Shown one piece after another: positions 7,646 through 17,652 of a DNA stretch of 64,000 bases. The notes under the pieces were generated by a model. It had not been told where the DNA came from, ran no database searches, and saw nothing but the letters and a program-made list of their open reading frames with translations. Source of the DNA: an uncultured Vicinamibacterales bacterium (GTDB lineage Bacteria; Acidobacteriota; Vicinamibacteria; Vicinamibacterales; JAKQTR01); NCBI GenBank assembly GCA_964396055.1, contig CAYNDV010000006.1, forward strand, positions 1,024 through 65,023, read 5' to 3'. The stretch's first letter is position 1, and each line of letters opens with the position of its first letter. A program made the translations under genes and the position numbers.

Positions 7646-9097
7646 CTACTTCTCGGTGGCCGCCCGCTCGGCGGCCGCGCGCGCCACAGCCTCACGCACC
7701 CGGACGGCCATGGCGTTGGCTGCGCCCAGCACGGCGGCCGCATCCAGCGTCCTGACCCGCCGATCCTCCATCACCACGACACCGTTGATGACGCTGGCGG
7801 TCACGTCGTCGCCGCGCGTGACGTAGACGAGGTGGGACACGGGGTTGTAGAGCGGCGTGTGGCGGGGGGTCGAAGCGTCGACGACGATCAGGTCGGCCAG
7901 CTTACCGGCCTCCAGCGAGCCCAGGCGGTCGTCCAGGCCCAGGCTGCGGGCGCCGCCGAGGGTGGCCAGTTCGAGCACCGTCTGGGCGGGCATCGAGCGC
8001 GGATCGTCGTCCACCAGCTTGTGCAGCATCGCGGTGGTGCGCATGACCTCGAACATGTCGAGGTCGTTGTTGCTGGCGGCGCCGTCGGTGCCGAGCCCGG
8101 ACGGGATTCCCGCCTTCACCCACTTCGCGACGGGCGCCGTCCCGCTGGCCAGTTTCATGTTGCTCTCGGGGTTGTGCGAGAGCCCCACCTGGCGGCGCGC
8201 GAGGATGGCCAGGTCGTCGTCGGACAGCCACACGCCATGGGCGGCGTGCGCGCCGGGTCCCCAGAAGCCGAGCGACTCCAGATACGCCGTCGGCGACATC
8301 CCGTGGCGCTCGGCCGACGTCTTCGCCTCGTCGCGGGTCTCCGACAGGTGAATCAGCAGCGGCACGCCCTTCTCGCGGGCCAGGTCGCGGCAGGCCCGGA
8401 GGCTGTCGGCGTCCACCGTGTACATCGAATGGGCCGCGATGGCGGGGATCACGAGCGGGTCCTGCCGGAACTCGTCGATGAACCGCCGGGCCCGCGCCAG
8501 CGCCTCGAGAGGCGTCTTCGCGTCGGCCACGGGAAAGCCAATGACCGACTGGCCCAGGACCCCGCGCATCCCGGCCCGCTTCGCCGACCGGGCCACCTCC
8601 TCCTCGAAGTAGTACATGTCGGTGAAGAGCGTGGTGCCCGAACGGATCATCTCGAGGGCGGCCAGGTCCGAGCCCACCCGGACGAACTCAGCCGACACCG
8701 TCCGGGCCTCGGCCGGAAAGATGTAGTTGTTGAGCCAGTCCATCAGCGCCATGTCGTCCGCCAGGCCGCGGAACAGCACCATGGGCGCGTGGCCGTGGGT
8801 GTTGATCAGGCCCGGCATGACGATCGATCCGTCCGCCCGGATGGTGCGGCCGGCCACGTACGCCCGGTCGATGGCCTCGGGCGTATCCACCGCCACGATC
8901 CGGTCGCCGTCGATCGCCACGGCGCCGGGCGCCAGGACCCGGCGCGCCGCGTCCACGGTCACCACCGTCCCTCCGGTCACGACGAGCGAGACCTGCCGCC
9001 GATCGGGGACCGCACGCACCACCAGGAACCCGACGACGAAGAGGAGGCCGGCGGCCAGCGCCAGCGAGGCCAGATGGGAACGGAACGTGGACGTCAT
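7646..9097 (-). CDS. amidohydrolase, MtaD/SsnA-like nucleoside/base deaminase family, with N-terminal hydrophobic anchor
   Basis: 483 aa; PGLINTHGHAPMVLFRGLADDMALMDWL metal-binding HxH region, HLSET, HGVWLSDDD, GTDGAASNN motifs; residues 8-28 hydrophobic. Confidence 0.85.
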   Translation of the reverse strand: MTSTFRSHLASLALAAGLLFVVGFLVVRAVPDRRQVSLVVTGGTVVTVDAARRVLAPGAVAIDGDRIVAVDTPEAIDRAYVAGRTIRADGSIVMPGLINTHGHAPMVLFRGLADDMALMDWLNNYIFPAEARTVSAEFVRVGSDLAALEMIRSGTTLFTDMYYFEEEVARSAKRAGMRGVLGQSVIGFPVADAKTPLEALARARRFIDEFRQDPLVIPAIAAHSMYTVDADSLRACRDLAREKGVPLLIHLSETRDEAKTSAERHGMSPTAYLESLGFWGPGAHAAHGVWLSDDDLAILARRQVGLSHNPESNMKLASGTAPVAKWVKAGIPSGLGTDGAASNNDLDMFEVMRTTAMLHKLVDDDPRSMPAQTVLELATLGGARSLGLDDRLGSLEAGKLADLIVVDASTPRHTPLYNPVSHLVYVTRGDDVTASVINGVVVMEDRRVRTLDAAAVLGAANAMAVRVREAVARAAAERAATEK

Positions 9098-9157
9098 GGT
9101 GGTCCGATTCTACCCCAGCCCCGCGGGGCCGCCGCGTCCGCTGACAGTGCCCGGCGC

Positions 9158-9799
9158 ATGTTGTATAGTGTCGCCGTGGCGGTCCATCTCGTTCAGCACC
9201 CGCTCGTGCACGACATCCTGCTCTCCCTGCGCGACGCGCGGACCGATCACGAGACGTTCCGCCGGATGGCCGTGCGGATCAGCGTCCTGCTGGCCACCGA
9301 GGCCCTGCGGACCCTGCCGACCAGGCCGGCCACGGTGATGACGCCGCTCGGCGAGGCGTCCGGATCGCGGGTGGCCATCGACGTGGTGGTGGTACCCGTC
9401 CTGCGGGCCGGGCTGGGCATGCTGGATGCCGTACTCGAGCTCGTGCCCGGCGCCCGCGTGGGCCACATCGGCCTGCAGCGCGACGAGGAGACGGCCGTCG
9501 CGTCGCAGTACTACGCGAAGCTGCCCCCCAACATGGCGCAGTCGCACGTGCTCATCATCGACCCGATGCTGGCCACGGGCGGCAGCGCGGTGTACGCCCT
9601 CGACCTCCTGAAGCGGGCGGGCGCCCGGCGCATCCAGATGATCTGCATCGTCTCGGCGCCGGAAGGCATCGCCCTGGTCGAGCAGCACCACCCCGACGTG
9701 GAAATCTTCACCCCGGCGGTGGATCGGGGCCTCAACGACCGGAAGTTCATCCTGCCCGGACTGGGCGACTTCGGCGACCGCCTCTACGGCACCCTGTAG
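9158..9799 (+). CDS. upp: uracil phosphoribosyltransferase
   Basis: C-terminal 213 codons of the 7832-9799 frame; HPLVHDILLSLRD, VVPVLRAGLGM, LIIDPMLATGGSAV (PRPP motif), YGTL C-terminus; exact start uncertain (in-frame GTG codons just downstream). Confidence 0.9.
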   Translation: MLYSVAVAVHLVQHPLVHDILLSLRDARTDHETFRRMAVRISVLLATEALRTLPTRPATVMTPLGEASGSRVAIDVVVVPVLRAGLGMLDAVLELVPGARVGHIGLQRDEETAVASQYYAKLPPNMAQSHVLIIDPMLATGGSAVYALDLLKRAGARRIQMICIVSAPEGIALVEQHHPDVEIFTPAVDRGLNDRKFILPGLGDFGDRLYGTL

Positions 9800-9806
9800 G
9801 AGTCCC

Positions 9807-10664
9807 ATGGCCGAGAAGCCCGGACCCCGCGACCGCACGAACGCGGCCACCACGCGCCGGGCGCCGGCGCGCGCCGCGTCGTGGCACACGGCCCTCACGC
9901 ACATCGCCCCGAACGTGGTCGAGGTGCGCGGCTACCCCGTCGACGAACTGATGGGCCGCCTGTCGTTCGGCGAGAGCATCTACCTGCTGCTGCGCGGCGA
10001 GGTGCCGTCCCCGTCGATCGGCAAGCTGTTCGGCGCCGTGCTCGTGGCGTCGATCGACCACGGCGTGACGCCGCCCTCGACGATTGCCGCGCGCAACGTG
10101 GCCTCGAGCGGCGCGTCGATGAAAGAGTGTGTCGCCGCCGGCATCCTGGGCTTCGGCACGTACCACGGCGGCGACGTCGGGTCGTGCATGCGGTTCCTGC
10201 AGGAGTGCATGGCCACGGGCCGCGCGGGATCAGCCTGCGAGGCCGCCGCCCGCGAGTCGCTCGCGCCCTACGCCGAGCGCGGCATCCTCCCGCCCGGGTT
10301 CGGCCACCGCATCCACACCCGCGATCCGCGGGCCGCGCGCCTGCTGCAGATGGCCCACGAATTCGATCTCGGCACCGAACACTGCCGCATGCTGCGGTGC
10401 GTCGAACGCGTGCTCAACGAGGCGCCCGGCCGCCGCGAACACCCGCTGGCGATCAACCTCGATGGCGCCATCGCCGCCGTGTGCGGCGACCTGGGCTTCG
10501 ACCCGGAGATTGCCGCGGGCCTCTTCATCATCGCCCGCGTGCCCGGCCTGCTGGCCCACGCGGCGGAAGAGCAGATGCGGCACGCGCCGATGCGGCAGAT
10601 CGACGCCAGCAGCCACGTCTACGACGGCCCGTCGCGGCGCCGGCTGCCGGACACCAGGAAGTAG
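9807..10664 (+). CDS. citrate synthase-like small protein (citryl-CoA lyase family)
   Basis: 285 aa; YHGGD, GFGHRIHTRDPRAARL and overall length match the short citrate-synthase-fold citryl-CoA lyase type rather than a full citrate synthase. Confidence 0.7.
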   Translation: MAEKPGPRDRTNAATTRRAPARAASWHTALTHIAPNVVEVRGYPVDELMGRLSFGESIYLLLRGEVPSPSIGKLFGAVLVASIDHGVTPPSTIAARNVASSGASMKECVAAGILGFGTYHGGDVGSCMRFLQECMATGRAGSACEAAARESLAPYAERGILPPGFGHRIHTRDPRAARLLQMAHEFDLGTEHCRMLRCVERVLNEAPGRREHPLAINLDGAIAAVCGDLGFDPEIAAGLFIIARVPGLLAHAAEEQMRHAPMRQIDASSHVYDGPSRRRLPDTRK

Positions 10665-10705
10665 GGGCTCGGGACTCGGGGCTCGGGACTCGGGGCTCGG
10701 AGGAC
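10664..10705. repeat. STRR-like heptamer tract (GGGGCTC/GGGACTC alternating) starting inside the stop codon of the citryl-CoA-lyase-like gene
   Basis: GGGGCTC GGGACTC GGGGCTC GGGACTC GGGGCTC GGAGGAC; related GGGGCTC GAGGCTC GGGAC at 58900-58918. Confidence 0.85.
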
Positions 10706-10715
10706 CAGGACTGCA

Positions 10716-10745
10716 CGTAGTGCAGGGCATCAGCCCTGCCGGGCC
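10716..10745. repeat. REP-like hairpin element, copy A (GCAGGGC-ATCA-GCCCTGC core)
   Basis: CGTAGTGCAGGGCATCAGCCCTGCCGGGCC; 29 of 30 nt identical to 55721-55750; alternative stem CTGCAC-GTA-GTGCAG at 10711-10725. Confidence 0.75.
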
Positions 10746-10806
10746 GACGCGTCCGCCTGCCTCTTGCCCGAAGGCCCGCGAATCCGTTAGACTGAAGTTT
10801 CTGTCC

Positions 10807-10881
10807 GGGCGCTTGGCTCAGCGGTAGAGCACCGCCTTCACACGGCGGGGGTCAGTGGTTCGAATCCACTAGCGCCCACCA
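10807..10881 (+). tRNA. tRNA-Val (anticodon CAC), CCA encoded
   Basis: Acceptor GGGCGCT/AGCGCCC, D arm GCTC-AGCGGTA-GAGC, anticodon arm CCGCC-TTCACAC-GGCGG, T arm AGTGG-TTCGAAT-CCACT, discriminator A, CCA; 75 nt. Confidence 0.93.
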
Positions 10882-10946
10882 CAGCCCGACGAACGGCCCG
10901 CACCAGCGGGCCGTTCCTGCCTACGCGGCCATCACGGGGTGATAGG

Positions 10947-11717
10947 ATGCCTCCGCCCATGATGCCGGCCGCTCCCCTCTCCATCCTCCACCAGGACGAC
11001 GACGTGTTCGTCCTCGACAAGCCCGCCGGCCTGCCCGTGGTGCCCGGCGGCGGCGAGCACCCGGCGGCCTGCGTCCGCCACCTCCTGGAGCGGCAGGTGG
11101 GTGAACCGGTCTGGGTGGTCCACCGGCTCGACCGCGACACGTCCGGCGTCCTGGCGTTCGCCCGCCACCCCGACGCCCACCGCCGGCTCAACGCCGCCTT
11201 CGAGGCGCGGGCGGTGGCCAAGACCTACCTGGCCGTGACCGCAGGTGTGCCCGTGCCGCCCGCGGGCACGATCGCCGTGCCGCTGCACGAAGCCCGGCGC
11301 GGCCGGATGCGCCCCTGCGCCGCCGGCGAGACAGGCGTCGAGGCCGTCACGGACTATGCGGTGGAGTGCGTCTGGGGACCCGCCGAGGCGGCGGTGGCCC
11401 TGGTCAGGGCCTGCCCGCGGACGGGCAGACACCACCAGATCCGGGTGCACCTGCGGTCGATGGGCACACCCATCCTGTTCGACGATGTCTACGGCCGGTC
11501 GACGCTGAAGGGGGATTGGCGCGCGGGACCGTGTCAGCGGCTCGCGCTCCACGCCGTGCGGCTGGAGCTGCCGCCCAGCGGCCACGGGCCTGTGCTGCGC
11601 ATCGACGCCCCGGTGGCGGCCGACCTGGCCGCCCTCATCGGCTGGCTCGACGCGCGGCGGCCTGTCGTCCAGGCCCGTGCCGCCGGCGCAGGCGGGCTTA
11701 CTTCTTGGCTTCGGTGA
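10947..11717 (+). CDS. RluA-family pseudouridine synthase
   Basis: 256 aa; ILHQDDDVFVLDKPAGLPV, VHRLDRDTSGVLAFAR (catalytic Asp motif), GRHHQIRVHL. Confidence 0.9.
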   Translation: MPPPMMPAAPLSILHQDDDVFVLDKPAGLPVVPGGGEHPAACVRHLLERQVGEPVWVVHRLDRDTSGVLAFARHPDAHRRLNAAFEARAVAKTYLAVTAGVPVPPAGTIAVPLHEARRGRMRPCAAGETGVEAVTDYAVECVWGPAEAAVALVRACPRTGRHHQIRVHLRSMGTPILFDDVYGRSTLKGDWRAGPCQRLALHAVRLELPPSGHGPVLRIDAPVAADLAALIGWLDARRPVVQARAAGAGGLTSWLR

Positions 11718-12255
11718 TCAGCAGGCGCAGCAGCCTCGCGTACGCCTTGTCGGCGTCCGCGAAGATCTTCGCCCACTGCTCCTCGGAGATCTTCTGGTCC
11801 TTGCGCCACTGGTCGTCGAAGCGCGTGGACTTGCCGCCCATCTCCGCCGAATCGAAGCCCTTGCCCTCTTCCCGCTCGGGCCGGAGGCCGTCGGCGCCAA
11901 GGTCTTCGAAGAAGACCCGCGTGCCGGCCTTGGCGGCGCTGTTCAGATCGATGTAGATCTCCTGGTATTCCTTCTTGTTCAGCTTCTCGACGAGCAGGAC
12001 CGCCGGGTCGTACTTGGCGCCCACCACGAGCAGCTGGCTGCCGGAGAAATACATCGCGGCCACGAAGGCCTCGGGATCGCTTGTATCCTTCGCGGCGACC
12101 GTCGTCAGCTTCTTCCCGTCCAGCAGCGTGGACAGCTCCTTGGCCAGGGCCACCGACGCGGGCTGGGTGTCCTGAGCCGCCAGAGGCGCCGCCGCGGCCG
12201 CAAAGACCAGGACGCCGAGAGTCACCACTCCAAACCGACGCAGACCAGTGATCAT
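11698..12255 (-). CDS. hypothetical secreted protein
   Basis: Start moved to ATG 12255 (MITGLRRFGVVTLGVLVFAAAAAPLAAQ signal peptide) because GGAAGGTG lies 6 nt upstream; no family recognised; 3' end overlaps the RluA-family gene by 20 nt (convergent). Confidence 0.65.
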   Translation of the reverse strand: MITGLRRFGVVTLGVLVFAAAAAPLAAQDTQPASVALAKELSTLLDGKKLTTVAAKDTSDPEAFVAAMYFSGSQLLVVGAKYDPAVLLVEKLNKKEYQEIYIDLNSAAKAGTRVFFEDLGADGLRPEREEGKGFDSAEMGGKSTRFDDQWRKDQKISEEQWAKIFADADKAYARLLRLLITEAKK

Positions 12256-12355
12256 GAGAATCACCTTCCGAGGGGGCATTAGGCTGCACGTTTCTACCAT
12301 GCGCACGGTCCTGCGTCAACGGGCCAAGTGGCGCACGGTGAAGGTCTTACCCGCC

Positions 12356-12784
12356 TCACCCGATGAATAGCGGGTCCTCGTCGTCGAAGCGGGGCGTCTG
12401 ACGCCCGCCGCCGCCCCCGCGCACGGCCCGGAACGCGGTGACAACGCCGCGGACGGCAGCGGCGACCGCCACGAGCTCCCGGATCGGCCCGACAATGGCG
12501 TGCTGGACCACCCCCAGGGTCTCCTCGGTGCGTTTCGAGACGCCAGCCAGCAGCCGGTCCACCCGCTCCACCTGGACGGCGGCCAGGCTGGTGGCCTGCT
12601 GGAGGCGCTCCGCCACGAGACGCAGGCGTTCGGCGAGGGGGCCCAGTTCGGCCTCCACCCGGGTGGCCAGGGCATCGACGCGCCTCGAGAGCCGCAGGAG
12701 CACCAGCACGACCGCGACCTGGACGGTGGCCATCACGACCACGGCCAGGGCGATCACGCCGAGAAAGACGTCGGCCATGCTCAC
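12356..12784 (-). CDS. DUF948-like membrane-anchored coiled-coil protein
   Basis: 142 aa; single N-terminal TM helix then long helical region (RVDALATRVEAELGPLAERLRLVAERLQQ); GTGA overlap with YtxH gene stop. Confidence 0.6.
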   Translation of the reverse strand: MSMADVFLGVIALAVVVMATVQVAVVLVLLRLSRRVDALATRVEAELGPLAERLRLVAERLQQATSLAAVQVERVDRLLAGVSKRTEETLGVVQHAIVGPIRELVAVAAAVRGVVTAFRAVRGGGGGRQTPRFDDEDPLFIG

Positions 12785-13059
12785 ACCGGCTCCTGATCGC
12801 CGCGGGCCGTCTGGTAGGCTTCGCGCCCGCGCTCGACGGCGGTCGCGATGGTTTCGCGCTGCCGGCTGAGGTATTCGCGCGTCTTCTTCGCCGCCTCGGT
12901 CACCTTGTCGCGGCCCTCCCGGGCCTTGTCGCCGAGGAACTCGCGGGTGTCCTCCCCCTTCGCCGGCGCGAACAGCAACGCCACGGCCGCCCCGACAATC
13001 GCCCCCAGCGCAAACGCCGCCACGACGCCTGTCGCGCCGCTCGATCTCTCGTCAGACAT
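12781..13059 (-). CDS. YtxH domain-containing protein
   Basis: 92 aa; GAIVGAAVALLFAPAKGEDTREFLGDKAREGRDKV is the YtxH signature arrangement. Confidence 0.75.
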   Translation of the reverse strand: MSDERSSGATGVVAAFALGAIVGAAVALLFAPAKGEDTREFLGDKAREGRDKVTEAAKKTREYLSRQRETIATAVERGREAYQTARGDQEPV

Positions 13060-13121
13060 GTTGGGCCCCTCCCGAGGCCGGCACGGAACCGCCGTGCAAG
13101 ACCATCATATAACCACTGGAC

Positions 13122-13138
13122 GGTTCAGGGTTCCCGGT

Positions 13139-13149
<11 letters not shown>
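13122..13149. repeat. STRR-like heptamers overlapping the uvrB stop codon
   Basis: GGTTCAG GGTTCCC GGTTCAG GGTTCGC; 25 of 28 nt identical to 3783-3810. Confidence 0.75.
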
Positions 13150-15154
<2,005 letters not shown>

Positions 15155-15172
15155 GGCGGGCTGTCGGGGCGC

Positions 15173-16078
15173 TCAGGGCGCCTGACGGAACGGGGCGTAG
15201 TACCCCTTGCGGCTGCGCACCTTCAGGCCCGGCCGCTTGACCTTGAGGTCCACCTTGCGCCAGCTGCCGTCGGTGCGGGTGTCGGCAGACAGGTACCCGA
15301 TGGTGTACTGCGCCCGGATCTCGGACGTGACCTTCGCATAGGTCTTGTCGAGGTCCTTGACGCTGTTGGGGAAGAACGCCAGGCCACCCGTCACCTCGGT
15401 CAGCTGCTGCAGGCGCAGGCGCTGTTCCATGGCCCGCGGCGACGTGCTGCCGCGCAGGAAGCCGATCGCATACAGCGTGATGTCGGCCGCCTTCAGCAGG
15501 TCGATGGTCTCGCCGAAGTTCATCGTGCTGCTCGTGTCGGCGCCGTCCGTGTACATCACGAGAATCTTGCGGCCGTCCAGGTCCGACGCGCCGTGGAGGT
15601 AGACGCCCAGCGCGTCGTGCATGGCCGTGTCGCCCTGGGGCTTGCGCCGCCGGATGCGCTCGACCAACCGCGGGAAATCGTTGGGGCCGTAGCGGGCCAC
15701 CCGCACCTCGGTGTCGAAATCCACCAGGGTGACCTCCTCCGCGTCCGGCAGCGTATTCAGGAACTTGATCGCCGCGCTGCGAGAGAAGGCGATGTCCTCC
15801 TCCATGCTCGTGCTGCCGTCGAACAGCAGGCCCAGGTGCAGGGCCGGCGCAGGCTGGCTGTCGCCGCGCGCGAAGAACTTGATCGCCTGCGGCCGGCCGT
15901 TCTCGACGATCTCGAAGTCGTCGGCGGTCAGGTCCGTAACGAAGCCGCCGTCCTTGTCCAGGACGGTGACCCCCAGGCTGACGAGATCCACCGTGCTCCT
16001 GAAGACCTGCGCCCGGGGCGCGACCGCCAACGCGGCGGCGCACAGCACCCCCGCCAGGATCCAACGCGTGCTCGGCAC
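15173..16078 (-). CDS. VWA domain-containing secreted protein (VWFA-related acidobacterial type)
   Basis: 301 aa; signal peptide, LLFDGSTSM MIDAS-like motif, ILVMYTDGADTSS; architecture as in the acidobacterial VWFA-related family. Confidence 0.8.
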   Translation of the reverse strand: MPSTRWILAGVLCAAALAVAPRAQVFRSTVDLVSLGVTVLDKDGGFVTDLTADDFEIVENGRPQAIKFFARGDSQPAPALHLGLLFDGSTSMEEDIAFSRSAAIKFLNTLPDAEEVTLVDFDTEVRVARYGPNDFPRLVERIRRRKPQGDTAMHDALGVYLHGASDLDGRKILVMYTDGADTSSTMNFGETIDLLKAADITLYAIGFLRGSTSPRAMEQRLRLQQLTEVTGGLAFFPNSVKDLDKTYAKVTSEIRAQYTIGYLSADTRTDGSWRKVDLKVKRPGLKVRSRKGYYAPFRQAP

Positions 16079-16153
16079 CGGTTTCTCCTCCGTCCGTGCG
16101 TAGGTGGTCCGATCTTACACTGCCCCGCCGGCGCCACGATCCGCCGAAGGGCG

Positions 16154-16159
16154 TATAAT
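16154..16159 (+). promoter_or_regulatory. candidate -10 box (TATAAT) upstream of the DHH phosphoesterase gene
   Basis: Perfect TATAAT hexamer in an otherwise GC-rich divergent intergenic region, 60 nt upstream of ATG 16219; no convincing -35. Confidence 0.3.
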
Positions 16160-16218
16160 ACGTGTTTCCGGTTTATGGCACCGTCCGCTCCCGCTCCGCA
16201 GCCGGCCCCGAGGGCATC

Positions 16219-17646
16219 ATGAGGTGCCTGGCCGTCTGTCACACTGAACTGGTCGTCAGGCTCCTGCAGGAGGTCCTGCCGCCGGCCTTCGACGTCGACG
16301 TCCTCGTGGAGAGCCGGCCGCTCGCCCGGCGCCTGCACGATGCGGGCGTCGAGGTTTCGGTGGGTGACGCCCGCCGCGCCGACACCTACGTCAAGGCCGA
16401 CGTCGGCCCCGCCACCTGCATCATCGTCGAAGACTCGGGACGTCCCGGCCTCCCGAAGCAGCTCGCCGCCATCCGCGATGCGGGCGGCACACTCGTGTAC
16501 GTCCTGCACGATCCCGTGGCCGCCGGGGGCAACGACCGGCGCGAAGACCAGCTGCGCGCCCGCTTCCCCGAACTCGGCTTCCTGTCGATGGCCGAACTGG
16601 TGGGCCCCGCGCTGAAGACCGAGCTCGGCCGGTCGTTGACCCGGGCCCGGGTGCAGCAGTACCAGCGGTACTTCAACGACGCCGACCGGGTGCTCATCCT
16701 GATGCACAACGACCCGGACCCGGACGCCATGGCGTCCGGGCTGGCGCTGCGCAACGTGCTGCGGCGCACCAAGGCGACCGCCATCCTCGGCGCGCTGCAG
16801 GGCGTGACGCGCCCCGAGAACCTCCGGATGGTCAACCTGCTGGACATCCAGGTGGATACGCTCACGCCGGACGACCTGGGCCACTTCGACCGCATCGCGA
16901 TGGTGGACGTCCAACCCCACTACTTCGGCGGGCTCATCGACCGGGTGGATCTCGTCATCGATCATCACCCGCCGCAGACCGGCTACAGCGCCGTCTTCCG
17001 CGACATCCGGGCCGACTACGGCTCCACCTGCACCATCCTGACCGACCACCTGCGGGCCGTCGACGTCAACATCTCGGAGCGGACGGCCACCGCGATGCTC
17101 TACGCGATCAAGTCGGATACGCTGTTTTTCAACCGCCAGGCCAGTCGGGTCGACCTCGAGGCCTTCTCGTTCCTGTACCCGCTGGCCGACGCGGCGATGA
17201 TCCGCAAGATGGAAGGCGCCGAGATCACCGCCGAACGCCTGGGCTACGTCACCGTGGCGCAGCAGACCGGCACGCTCGGCGAGCAGGTGTTCTCGGCGTT
17301 CCTCGGCGTGGTGCCGCGCGAGGACTTCATCCCCTACGTCGCCGACTTCTTCCTGCAGGTGGAAGACGTCAAGTGGACCATCGTGGCGGGCATCGTCGGC
17401 GACACGCTGATCGTGTCGGTGCGCAACCTGGGCTATACGCGCAACGCCGGGGAACTGGTGCGGCGGCTGTTCGCGGATATCGGCAGCGCGGGCGGCCACC
17501 GGGCCATGGCAAAGGCCCTCGTGCCCATCGACGCGTTCCGCCGGGCGTACGGCGCGCCCACCGACGACGGGGTGCACGAGGCCATCCGGGCGCGCGCCCT
17601 GGAGTTCCTGCACGAGGGCACGGACCGGAAGAAGGCAGGCTCCTGA
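16219..17646 (+). CDS. DHH/DHHA1 family phosphoesterase (NrnA-like) with N-terminal Rossmann-like domain
   Basis: Start set to ATG 16219 (MRCLAV...); LILMHNDPDPDAMASG (DHH motif I), IDHH, GGHRAMA (DHHA1 GGGH-type motif). Confidence 0.8.
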   Translation: MRCLAVCHTELVVRLLQEVLPPAFDVDVLVESRPLARRLHDAGVEVSVGDARRADTYVKADVGPATCIIVEDSGRPGLPKQLAAIRDAGGTLVYVLHDPVAAGGNDRREDQLRARFPELGFLSMAELVGPALKTELGRSLTRARVQQYQRYFNDADRVLILMHNDPDPDAMASGLALRNVLRRTKATAILGALQGVTRPENLRMVNLLDIQVDTLTPDDLGHFDRIAMVDVQPHYFGGLIDRVDLVIDHHPPQTGYSAVFRDIRADYGSTCTILTDHLRAVDVNISERTATAMLYAIKSDTLFFNRQASRVDLEAFSFLYPLADAAMIRKMEGAEITAERLGYVTVAQQTGTLGEQVFSAFLGVVPREDFIPYVADFFLQVEDVKWTIVAGIVGDTLIVSVRNLGYTRNAGELVRRLFADIGSAGGHRAMAKALVPIDAFRRAYGAPTDDGVHEAIRARALEFLHEGTDRKKAGS

Positions 17647-17652
17647 TCCGCC

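Noticed and set aside
6476-10881. tRNA-Gly and tRNA-Val as integration sites of mobile elements
   Set aside because: No integrase, excisionase or phage/ICE genes are adjacent, I could see no duplicated tRNA 3' segment, and the flanking genes are ordinary housekeeping genes.
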